Assembly (NCBI GenBank): GCA_036269355.1
Contig: DATASC010000100.1
Span: 1,474-65,473 of the forward strand
Length of the DNA: 64,000 nt
From: Candidatus Cybelea sp.
Lineage (GTDB): Bacteria; Vulcanimicrobiota; Vulcanimicrobiia; Vulcanimicrobiales; Vulcanimicrobiaceae
Direction: 5' to 3'
Shown here: piece by piece, positions 56,210 through 64,000 of the stretch
Layout of the letters: each line of letters begins with the position of its first letter
How positions within the stretch are numbered: position 1 is the first letter of the stretch
Translations under genes and position numbers: made by a program
Notes under the pieces: generated by a model
Database searches by the model: none
Told to the model about the DNA's origin: nothing
Seen by the model: only the letters and a program-made list of their open reading frames with translations

Positions 56210-56878
56210 ATGGCCGATTCGAGTCTGCTGATGCCCGGCGCCGACGATGCGTATCGCCACTCGCGCGAACGCTTGCGCGAAGCGGAGATCGATTTGCGCG
56301 ACCGCGTCGAGGCCGTAGCTGCCATGCGTCGCGGCCTGCCGCCGGGCCCCTGCGTTCCCGAGTATTTCTTCATCGAGCACGGCAACCGCGTTGGGTTATC
56401 CGAGCTGTTCGATGACGGCAAGCCATATCTGATCGTTTACCACTTGATGTACTGGTCGAAGGACGACGAGTTCTGCCCGATGTGCACGATGTGGATCGAC
56501 GGCTTCAACGGAATCGCGCCTCAGGTTACCCAGCGCGCGAACTTCGTCATCGCCTCTCGGGCGCCGCTCGAGACGCTCGAAGCTTGGGGCCGGCGCCGCG
56601 ACTGGAACCGCCTGAGGCTGCTCTCGGATGATGGGCCGGCCTTCGCGCGCGACATCGACGCCGAAGATGCCGAGGGTAATCCGGATTCGACGGTCGTCGT
56701 CTTCGCGAAGGATGGTGATGCGGTTCGCCACGCGTACACCGCGCACCCAATGCTTGCGGATCGCGAGCGCGGAATCGACCTCCTCTCACCCGTTTGGCAC
56801 CTTTTCGATCTCATGCCTTCGGGACGCAATGACTGGTACCCGAGAAACGAGGCCTTCACCACGGCCAGTCCCAAGTAA
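56210..56878 (+). CDS. DUF899 thioredoxin-like protein
   Basis: GGAGGG RBS. Contains AMRRGLP, LIVYHLMY..., CPMCTMWIDGFNG and FVIASRAP. Confidence 0.86.
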   Translation: MADSSLLMPGADDAYRHSRERLREAEIDLRDRVEAVAAMRRGLPPGPCVPEYFFIEHGNRVGLSELFDDGKPYLIVYHLMYWSKDDEFCPMCTMWIDGFNGIAPQVTQRANFVIASRAPLETLEAWGRRRDWNRLRLLSDDGPAFARDIDAEDAEGNPDSTVVVFAKDGDAVRHAYTAHPMLADRERGIDLLSPVWHLFDLMPSGRNDWYPRNEAFTTASPK

Positions 56879-57200
56879 GCCCCGCCACGCTCCCCGCAAG
56901 GCAGCCGGTTAGCCCGAAGAGAACCAGCGCGCCGCCGCCTAGTGCAAAAAGAGCGATCGAGTACGCGCCGATAAGAACGAGCTCCGTGCATTGCGCGTTA
57001 CGTACGTTGCGTTTGCCGAGCATGAAAAGCGCGAGCGCTGCGGCGGCGCATACCGTTACGAGAAATCCCAAACGTCCTAAGAAAGCGGCGCGATCGACCG
57101 GGCAGTATCGCGACGCCAAGTCGTTGGCGACGGCGGCAGATAGAGAATCGACGCCGAGCGCAAGCTTCACCGCCGCTAGAACAGTCGCTGCGACTGGCAC
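56856..57200 (-). CDS. hypothetical membrane protein (possibly C-terminal half of a frameshifted gene)
   Basis: GTG start. 3 TM segments. Shares the motif DLASRYCPVDRAAFLGRLGFLV with the upstream ORF (LALRYCVRQDARGLIALWALLV). Overlaps that ORF by 25 nt. Confidence 0.4.
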   Translation of the reverse strand: MPVAATVLAAVKLALGVDSLSAAVANDLASRYCPVDRAAFLGRLGFLVTVCAAAALALFMLGKRNVRNAQCTELVLIGAYSIALFALGGGALVLFGLTGCLAGSVAGLTWDWPW

Positions 57201-57706
57201 CAGGAAATACTAAAAAGCATGAGGCCCACGTCGGCGAGCGCAAATAGAAGTGCAACGCCGGCGCCGGCGAACGCTAGCGCTCGGCGTACGGCGCCCCTCA
57301 AGCGAAGGACTCCGAGCGCGAGCAGTCCGATCGACACGAGGCACGCCAAGACGATCAGGATCCAGCCACTCATCATTCCGACCGCGTGCGGGCTCAGGCA
57401 GACCAATGCGTCGATACCGCGCGGCACATCCGGCGCAACGAGCCCGAGCGAAGGCGCGGCCGATTCATAGCACCAGCGAAAGATCGTTCCCCCGACTCCG
57501 ACGGTCAGCAAGATGAAGCACGCGAGGGCGGCGAACGCAAAAACTACCATGCGACGGCGCGTTCGATCCCCGATATCGCGTCGTAGGGAGCGCAAAAGTG
57601 TCACCGCTCCGGCGGTTAGCGCGACGAGAAGCGCCCACAACGCGATAAGGCCGCGCGCATCTTGGCGCACGCAATAGCGCAAGGCCAAACCGTGAATCAC
57701 GTCCAC
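57176..57706 (-). CDS. hypothetical membrane protein
   Basis: 176 aa with 4-5 TM segments. Confidence 0.45.
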   Translation of the reverse strand: MDVIHGLALRYCVRQDARGLIALWALLVALTAGAVTLLRSLRRDIGDRTRRRMVVFAFAALACFILLTVGVGGTIFRWCYESAAPSLGLVAPDVPRGIDALVCLSPHAVGMMSGWILIVLACLVSIGLLALGVLRLRGAVRRALAFAGAGVALLFALADVGLMLFSISWCQSQRLF

Positions 57707-57856
57707 CGGAGCCGGCGCTTCATGTGCTTCATTACGATTTATTGTCTTCCACTAGTTGAATTGCGAAACATTTTTGCAGGTGTACCGGCGTGCTTAAGGC
57801 GCCCTTTACTCTAACGCTGTTAGAGTGAAACGAAACGTCAGGAGGCGCGTTGCAGC

Positions 57857-59173
57857 ATGAACAACATCCGAGGCGCGGCCCTTTTCCCGATTGTCGCTTT
57901 GTTGAGCTCGTGCTCCAGCGGAGGGTCGCTGCCGTCGCACTTTGGCGGCGCGGGGTCGCCGAACGGTGCGTCCGGCCCGAGCACGAAAATCAGCCACGTA
58001 ATCATTCTCATTCAAGAGAATCGAACGTTCGACAACCTCTTCCACGGGTACCCGGGTGCCGATTTCGCCGACACCGGCGTAACCCATACGGGGAAGGTCG
58101 TCCGGTTGAAACCGGGTCACCTGGTCGAACTTTACGACCTCGGGCACACGCATGCAAATTTTGAAACCGAATACGACGGCGGCAAAGACGACGGCTTCGA
58201 CGAGGTTGCGACATCGCCGCCGACGACGTCGGACTTATCTCCATATCAATACGTCGTGCGGTCGGAGGTGCGTCCGTATTTCGATATCGCGCGCGAGTTC
58301 ACGCTCGGCGACCACAACTTCGCATCGCAAAACGGTCCCAGCTTCCCGGGGCACGAGTACCTCATCGCCGGCCAGGCCGCCGGCGCGTACGACGATCCAA
58401 GCGACGAGGAGCCGTGGGGCTGCGACGCGCCTCCTTCGGCTACGGTGCCGGTTTATAGCGGCGGCTCGTACGGAAGCGTTTATCCCTGTTTCGATTACGC
58501 GACGCTCGGCGACGAGCTCGACGCCGCCAAGCTGTCGTGGCGCTACTACACGACGCCCGGAACCAAGTACGGCGTCGAACTCCTGCCCGATCCGTACGAC
58601 GCGGTCAAGCACATTCGTGAAGGCTCGGATTGGGCGAACGATACCGTCGATCAGCCGCTGCAGATCGTCGACGATATCAAGAAAGGCAAGCTCGCCTCGG
58701 TCTCGTGGGTGAACTCGCCGGCGCTCGCTTCGGACCATCCGCAACTCAACGACGGCGACGGCCCTTCTTGGATCGCCTACGTGGTGGATGCCCTCGGAAA
58801 GAGCAGCTACTATCAGAACACGGCGGTCCTTGTGACGTGGGACGATTGGGGAGGCTGGTACGACCACGTCGCGCCTCAAGAGTACGGATTCCTCGGGCTC
58901 GGCTTCCGCGTCCCGCTGCTCGTCGTCTCCGCGTGGTCGAAGCACGGCTACATCTCGAGCCAGCCGCACGAGTTCGGAAGCATCTTAAAGTTCGTCGAGG
59001 GCGTGTACGGGTTGCCATCGCTCGGACAGCGCGACGCATACGCGGACGACCTTTCCGATTGCTTCGATTTCAACCAAACGCCACCGAAGTTTGTCCCCAT
59101 TCACCTCATCACGAATCCTTACGTGCTTAGGAAGAGACTCTCAGCGGACAAGGGTCCGAACGACAACTACTAG
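57857..59173 (+). CDS. phosphoesterase-family lipoprotein (phospholipase C / AcpA-like, PF04185-type)
   Basis: AGGAGG RBS. Lipobox LSSC. Contains KISHVIILIQENRTFDNLFHGYPG and TWDDWGGWYDHV. Confidence 0.86.
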   Translation: MNNIRGAALFPIVALLSSCSSGGSLPSHFGGAGSPNGASGPSTKISHVIILIQENRTFDNLFHGYPGADFADTGVTHTGKVVRLKPGHLVELYDLGHTHANFETEYDGGKDDGFDEVATSPPTTSDLSPYQYVVRSEVRPYFDIAREFTLGDHNFASQNGPSFPGHEYLIAGQAAGAYDDPSDEEPWGCDAPPSATVPVYSGGSYGSVYPCFDYATLGDELDAAKLSWRYYTTPGTKYGVELLPDPYDAVKHIREGSDWANDTVDQPLQIVDDIKKGKLASVSWVNSPALASDHPQLNDGDGPSWIAYVVDALGKSSYYQNTAVLVTWDDWGGWYDHVAPQEYGFLGLGFRVPLLVVSAWSKHGYISSQPHEFGSILKFVEGVYGLPSLGQRDAYADDLSDCFDFNQTPPKFVPIHLITNPYVLRKRLSADKGPNDNY

Positions 59174-59189
59174 GAGGCCGCGGAAACGT

Positions 59190-59642
59190 ATGAATCTTCG
59201 CTCCATCGCAGCGTACGCTGTTAGCATTCTGCTCCTGAGCGCCTGCGCGTCCGTGCAGCAGAGCTCTCCAAGTGCCCCAGGCGGAATGCCGCCCCAATCA
59301 CCTCGTTCAAACCAGCCGCTGAACGCGAGCGGCTGCTACGGTACGTTCGGCGTCGAAGCCGTGCCGTGTCCCGTTCGTTTGAGGAAGAGCGACGGCGGCA
59401 GCGTCACGGTTAGCATTACCGGACCGCAGGTCGTGTTCGCCGCGATCATCGGCAGCGATTGTGCCGGCCCCGGCTCAGTTTGCAACGTCCAAGGGTCGAC
59501 GAGCAACCCAACGCAGTTTCGCATCTGGGCCGTCAAGGGATCGAACGCATGCGGAACCGCTTGGGTGGTTTTCGTCGGCATCAGCGCGACCGGCACCGAG
59601 ATCGGCACCGCGACGGTAAAGGTGATCAACAAGCTCTGCTGA
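59190..59642 (+). CDS. hypothetical lipoprotein
   Basis: ORF 59091..59642 trimmed to ATG 59190 (AGGAGG upstream). Lipobox LSAC. Cys-rich beta domain. Confidence 0.6.
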   Translation: MNLRSIAAYAVSILLLSACASVQQSSPSAPGGMPPQSPRSNQPLNASGCYGTFGVEAVPCPVRLRKSDGGSVTVSITGPQVVFAAIIGSDCAGPGSVCNVQGSTSNPTQFRIWAVKGSNACGTAWVVFVGISATGTEIGTATVKVINKLC

Positions 59643-59677
59643 CGCGCTCCGGGCTAGGAAACCGCAAGCTGGCCAAC

Positions 59678-60298
59678 TTAACACTGCTGGGAGACCTGCG
59701 CGCCGGAATAGATTTCGATCGCGCCATACCCCGCGCCGGTGATCGTCGTGCCGGCGAAGAGCTCGCCGATGCGCGACAGCACACCACCGTACGGTCCCTG
59801 CGTCGCAATCGCATAGCACGGTGGAAACATGAGGGCGAGATGACCGACCGTGACGATTCCGAATGCCGTATACGGTTGATTGACCTCGATCTGCTCGGCG
59901 GTCAGACCGCCTTTAGAACCGAACTTCGTGCCGAAATGCGTTCCCGCGAGGAAGTGCAGATTCAAGTAAAAGATCGCAGTTCCCGAACCGAGCTGGGGCT
60001 GGTCATAAATGTTTTGGGTGCTGCTCCGCAGGACGAGCTCTGCCTTTCTATCGACGCCCGGGTACTCGATCGTTCCACCAAAGCCGTGAAACTCCGGAAC
60101 GCAGAGCGAACCGCGACGCTTTCGCAACTCGACCTTTAGTTGGGCATACTTCCTCGCCTTTCGCTGTCCCGCGCAACCCGGAGGCGTGGCCGCGCGCGTC
60201 GAAAATGCGGTTGAGGCCGGCAAGCCGCCCCCAACCTGACCGCACGCCGAAAGAGCCACCGTAGCTACAAAAACGAGTACCCGCTGAAGCGTATTCAT
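59678..60298 (-). CDS. hypothetical lipoprotein
   Basis: Lipobox LSAC; no recognised domain. Confidence 0.58.
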   Translation of the reverse strand: MNTLQRVLVFVATVALSACGQVGGGLPASTAFSTRAATPPGCAGQRKARKYAQLKVELRKRRGSLCVPEFHGFGGTIEYPGVDRKAELVLRSSTQNIYDQPQLGSGTAIFYLNLHFLAGTHFGTKFGSKGGLTAEQIEVNQPYTAFGIVTVGHLALMFPPCYAIATQGPYGGVLSRIGELFAGTTITGAGYGAIEIYSGAQVSQQC

Positions 60299-60393
60299 TC
60301 CGTGTTGTCCCCCACCTCAGACTTTCTTCATCAAGCTCGCTTACACTGCGTGGCGCCTACCTCGCTCCAGTCCCTTGCAAGGAGAATCAGCTT

Positions 60394-60810
60394 ATGCGGT
60401 TTAGAGCGATTTCGATCGGTGTCGCGATGACTGCGGCCGTCGTTCTCTCGGCCGGCACCGCGATGGCACAAGGTTACAGCGGAACCTGGCCAGTCACCGT
60501 CACTCACTCGCAGCACAGCAACGGCACGTACTGCCTGACGCTGACCGACAACGGCAGCGACGGCTGGCGCCACAGCGGGTTCGCAACGCTGGTCATCGGC
60601 AGCTCGAAATTCCCGTACGGCACGTTTCAGGTGATCGACCGGACCCTTGTGGCGACGATCCAAGCCCAGGGATACGGCCAAAATGCGGGTCTCGTTTTCA
60701 TAGGCTCCGCCGAACGCGGCAAAATCGGTCCGGGAGTCTTCGAAGATGTCTACGGCGGCGAAGATTTCGATTCGGGGGCGCTGTCGTTTGGGATGAAGGG
60801 CGGCTGCTAG
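60394..60810 (+). CDS. small secreted hypothetical protein
   Basis: Signal peptide MRFRAISIGVAMTAAVVLSAGTAMA; beta-rich mature part. Confidence 0.58.
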   Translation: MRFRAISIGVAMTAAVVLSAGTAMAQGYSGTWPVTVTHSQHSNGTYCLTLTDNGSDGWRHSGFATLVIGSSKFPYGTFQVIDRTLVATIQAQGYGQNAGLVFIGSAERGKIGPGVFEDVYGGEDFDSGALSFGMKGGC

Positions 60811-60811
60811 C

Positions 60812-61660
60812 CTGATCGTCCACGTCGTCGACGGAACCTACGAGCTCTTTCGGCATTTCTACGGACTGCGCCGCGCCACAAAGGGAAAGGACCGACGATT
60901 CGGCGCGGCCGTCGGGGTGCTCAACACGGTGCTGTATATGATCGGCGACGGAGCGACGCATATCGGAGTGGCCACCGACCACGTGATCGAGTCGTTCCGC
61001 AACGCGCTGTGGGGCGGTTACAAAACCGGCGAAGGAATCGAGCCCGCGCTGCGCGCCCAGTTCGAGCCGCTCGAGAATGCGCTGCGTGCGATGGGGGTTG
61101 CGGTGTGGGCGATGGTCGAGCTCGAAGCCGACGACGCGCTGGCCTCGGCTGCGGCTATTGCCGCGCAAGACCCTCGCGTAGAGACGATCTGCATTTGGAC
61201 GCCGGACAAGGATCTCGCACAGTCCGTCCGCGGCGATCGTATCGTGCAAATCGACCGCAGGAGTAACGCCGTCCGTGATGCGACCGGCGTGCGCGCGAAG
61301 TTCGGAGTCGAACCGGAACTGATACCCGATTACCTCGCGCTCGTCGGCGATTCGGCCGATGGGTATCCCGGCATCGCCGGCATCGGGCCGAAAGGCGCGG
61401 CAACGCTCATCAACCGCTACGGCGCGATCGAGCAGTTTCCGCCCGAGGTACTCGGCGAGCGCCAACGGCCCGCGCTGTTATTCAAGAATCTCGCAACCCT
61501 GCGAACCGACGCGCCGCTCTTTGCGAACGTCGACGAGCTGAAGTGGCAGGGGCCTACCGCCGAATTCCCCGCCATGTGCGAGTGGCTCCATGCGCCGGAG
61601 CTCCTCGAGCGCGTCGCGAAAGCCGCGCAACGCAAATCGCAGCCTGCCACGGAGGCGTAA
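60812..61660 (+). CDS. 5'-3' exonuclease / flap endonuclease (Pol I N-terminal domain homolog), start codon uncertain
   Basis: The track ORF starts at GTG 60917. In-frame upstream sequence encodes the conserved N-terminus LIVHVVDGTYELFRHFYG from CTG 60812. Later motifs: VELEADDALAS, WTPDKDL and IPDYLALVGDSADGYPGIAGIGPKGA. Confidence 0.82.
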   Translation: MIVHVVDGTYELFRHFYGLRRATKGKDRRFGAAVGVLNTVLYMIGDGATHIGVATDHVIESFRNALWGGYKTGEGIEPALRAQFEPLENALRAMGVAVWAMVELEADDALASAAAIAAQDPRVETICIWTPDKDLAQSVRGDRIVQIDRRSNAVRDATGVRAKFGVEPELIPDYLALVGDSADGYPGIAGIGPKGAATLINRYGAIEQFPPEVLGERQRPALLFKNLATLRTDAPLFANVDELKWQGPTAEFPAMCEWLHAPELLERVAKAAQRKSQPATEA

Positions 61661-61677
61661 TGATGTCTAGTATTGGC

Positions 61678-62895
61678 TTAGCGCGCGGGAGAGCCGCCGA
61701 GAATCGCGGCGGCCTTTGTGAAGGCGGTTTTCCACGCGACGTGGTGCGCAGCGTACGTGTCGTAGTAGGGATCGTCGGCCGTCAGCCAGTCCTGAGGATA
61801 GATCTCGAAGACTTGCGCGTGATTATACATCGCGTAGGGCAGTAGTTTCGGCAGCGGCGCGATGTGCGTTCCGGGTTGCAGCGTGAAGTTGATGGGCTGA
61901 AACTCGAGCGGCACCTGGCCGGCGTGCGCCTGGAACGCACCGCACCAGTATTCTTGCGACGTGCACGATCTGACGATCCACCCGTAATGACCGGAACCCA
62001 GGTTTTCCGTTCCGAAACCCACCCCGTTCTTAGCGGCAACGTTGGCAACTTCGCCGACGACGTCGAACGGCTGCGCCGGGTCGTTAAAGGGATTTAGCGC
62101 GACGAGCTGCTGCACCGTCGAGTTGTGACGCCGCGCATCTGCGGCGATAAAGGCCGTTAGCCGTGCGCTGAACTGCGCCCAAAATTTGGCCGACAAGCCG
62201 TAGCTCTGCCATAGTGCGAAGCAGTTACCGTCGGCTCCGTGCTGTGGAAAGTCCTCGGCGCCGGCGCCCAAGCCGAAGCGCATGTAACCGACGTTCGACT
62301 CGCTTCCGTAGTGCGCGATGGCGGCGCCGATAAATTTGTGCCAGGGCGCGGCATAGCCTTGTTCCCAATACACGGGAGTGGGTGGTGCGGCTTTGCCGTT
62401 GCCCGGATCCGAACAGGTGATGACGTCGACGTGGTCGGGACCGGTCTGCGCAAGCACCCACGGCGGAGTTGCGTGATCCGTCGTGCCGACTTCGTCGACG
62501 CCGACAAAGAGGAGGTTGACGATCTTCTTCGCGGCAATCCACGGCTGCATCGCCTGGTCGATCGTCGCAAAATCGTATTGGGGCGATGCGCCTGGGCCCT
62601 TGTCGACTGCCGACCATAGCACGACGATGCTCGCGCCGCAGAGATTGCGGTCCTTCGGAAGATACGTCAGAATGCTGGGCTCTTTCTTGATCTCGTCGAT
62701 GCCGTCTAACCAGACCATGAGCCCGTGCACGGCATCTGGGTCGGCGGCGTTCGGAGCCTTCTGCCGGCACGAAAATGCCGCGCTGGTCGCGGCGGCCGCA
62801 GCCCCGTTTCCGAGCGGAGTCATCGTCACAGCACTCGAGGCCGAGCAGCCCGCCACGCAGAGCGCGGTGACGAGCGAAACATCCGTGAGTCGCAT
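61678..62895 (-). CDS. hypothetical lipoprotein (possibly TIM-barrel glycosidase-like)
   Basis: Lipobox VAGC. 405 aa, Trp/Tyr-rich; no catalytic motif assigned. Confidence 0.65.
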   Translation of the reverse strand: MRLTDVSLVTALCVAGCSASSAVTMTPLGNGAAAAATSAAFSCRQKAPNAADPDAVHGLMVWLDGIDEIKKEPSILTYLPKDRNLCGASIVVLWSAVDKGPGASPQYDFATIDQAMQPWIAAKKIVNLLFVGVDEVGTTDHATPPWVLAQTGPDHVDVITCSDPGNGKAAPPTPVYWEQGYAAPWHKFIGAAIAHYGSESNVGYMRFGLGAGAEDFPQHGADGNCFALWQSYGLSAKFWAQFSARLTAFIAADARRHNSTVQQLVALNPFNDPAQPFDVVGEVANVAAKNGVGFGTENLGSGHYGWIVRSCTSQEYWCGAFQAHAGQVPLEFQPINFTLQPGTHIAPLPKLLPYAMYNHAQVFEIYPQDWLTADDPYYDTYAAHHVAWKTAFTKAAAILGGSPAR

Positions 62896-63020
62896 AAAAC
62901 GTCCTTGTTCTTGCTATCGAGAATCCAAGGCAGCCCGCGGTGAGAAACCGCAGGCAACCACCCGAACTATATCACAGATTTCCGCCTAGGTCGCTGCCTG
63001 CAGCGACGACGAGCGCGAGC

Positions 63021-63050
63021 GGAAGGCGAGCGCGGATGCGCTCGCCTTCC
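63021..63050. terminator. perfect 13-bp stem / 4-nt loop hairpin downstream of S53 peptidase gene
   Basis: GGAAGGCGAGCGC-GGAT-GCGCTCGCCTTCC. TTTGGTT follows on the plus strand. On the minus strand (the peptidase sense) there is no U-tract. Confidence 0.5.
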
Positions 63051-63073
63051 TTTGGTTCGTTGTATCGTCGAGA

Positions 63074-64000
63074 CTAGTACGCAGTGATGCCGTCTGGAGT
63101 TCCCCATCCGGCCGGGCCGCTGTACTTCTTATAACCGCCGTCCATCTTCGAAAGGCCGGCCTGGCAGAGATAGTTGCTGCAGCTTCCGTCGCTGCCGGAA
63201 GTGATTTGGTGCAGCTCGTGCTTGCGCTGCCTTCCGGAAAGATTCCAGAACCTTTCACCTCCGTTGGTGAACTTCGACTCGTTGCCGCGAAGACCGACGA
63301 TACCGGCCGTGAGGGGCGCGGCCACGCTGGTCCCGCAGACGCCGATCCAACCGCCGTACAAACCGATGTACTCCGCGACGCCCGGGCTGCAGCCGGCCTC
63401 AGCCGAGACGTCGGAGATCGTCTTGCCGGTACAGTCGGGATCGTGCTGCCATTTCGGCTTGGGCGTCGTGGTCGCGCAGCCCGCTCCCGCGCCGTCCCAG
63501 ACGGTTTCGGAGTAGTTCGACCCAGACTGCGCGAGCTGCGTGCCGCCTACTGCAAAAACGTTTGCAAGCGCCGCCGGCCACTCGATCTCCGGATACCCCG
63601 AATCGCCCGAGGAGGCTAAATACGCGACGTGCGGCGTGCTAAAGTAGGTTGGGAAGTTCGAGTCGCCGCAGTTCTCGCCGTAGTTGAAGCTGCTGCATCC
63701 CCAGCTGTTGCTGAGGATTTTCGCGCCGAGTTTAACGGCGGTCGCTTCGGCCTTCTCCAAGCCGCAAACGACGCCGCCGCAGTTCCCGCCTTCGATGAGA
63801 TAGATCGTACACAGCGGACAGCTTGCCGAGACCATTTGAATGTCAAGGTCGGTCTCGACGCACCACCCGAAGTCCTCGCAACTCTCGGGATAATTAGATT
63901 GCTGTCCCTCTTCGTTGTATTTCTGGAACGACGCGGTCCCTAGCCCAAATGTCGTCCGATAGGTCGACAGGTCCGTCTGGGCGTCCGGCAGGTCGCCGAG
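63074..64000 (-). CDS. S53 (sedolisin/kumamolisin-type) serine peptidase, N-terminus off window
   Basis: The frame stays open to the window end (…DLSTYRTTFGLG…CVETDLDIQMVSA…). Motifs ETDLD, SNSWG, ASSGDSG and GTSVAAPL. Confidence 0.85.
   Translation of the reverse strand, partial: LGDLPDAQTDLSTYRTTFGLGTASFQKYNEEGQQSNYPESCEDFGWCVETDLDIQMVSASCPLCTIYLIEGGNCGGVVCGLEKAEATAVKLGAKILSNSWGCSSFNYGENCGDSNFPTYFSTPHVAYLASSGDSGYPEIEWPAALANVFAVGGTQLAQSGSNYSETVWDGAGAGCATTTPKPKWQHDPDCTGKTISDVSAEAGCSPGVAEYIGLYGGWIGVCGTSVAAPLTAGIVGLRGNESKFTNGGERFWNLSGRQRKHELHQITSGSDGSCSNYLCQAGLSKMDGGYKKYSGPAGWGTPDGITAY

Noticed and set aside
62986-63258. 90-aa minus-strand ORF spanning the intergenic hairpin and the 3' end of the S53 peptidase gene
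   Set aside because: It overlaps the well-supported peptidase frame and the terminator-like hairpin, and shows low-complexity Ala/Ser/Thr composition.

Overview
High-GC (about two-thirds G+C by eye) bacterial chromosomal segment. It is densely packed, with about 65 protein-coding genes. I found no rRNA, tRNA, CRISPR array, transposase or integrase. All family calls come from reading motifs in the supplied translations; no database search was run. Many long ORF-track entries are arginine-rich shadow ORFs or over-extended N-termini. I trimmed starts wherever a start codon forms a 1-4 nt overlap with the upstream stop, a very frequent pattern in this window. Recognisable content: a MoxR/DUF58-type five-gene module; an XRE-NB-ARC-TPR regulator; a PadR / duplicated-FtsX permease / HlyD adaptor / ABC ATPase efflux operon; katG divergent from a Fur-family regulator; ogt; ppa; TetR-YceI; two SDRs; and a five-gene poxB-like / enolase-superfamily / YdiJ-like / GDE-like / TIM-barrel operon. 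The window is unusually rich in exported proteins, with at least 13 lipobox lipoproteins including about 6 paralogous NHL-type beta-propeller genes. Most notable observations: (1) a D-amino-acid-oxidase-type flavoprotein whose sequence order looks circularly permuted, behind an export signal; (2) the uncharacterised five-gene catabolic operon; (3) modular expansion and decay of the propeller lipoprotein family; (4) two conserved enzymes whose N-terminal domains begin upstream of any ATG/GTG/TTG; (5) two lipoprotein genes whose start codons overlap head-to-head in a 14-bp palindrome; (6) two clear frameshifted genes, plus a possible third in a membrane-protein pair; (7) several candidate operators. 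The lineage is probably an uncultivated soil bacterium (Acidobacteriota / Eremiobacterota-like features such as GloVer repeats and ADOP permease), but this is a weak inference.
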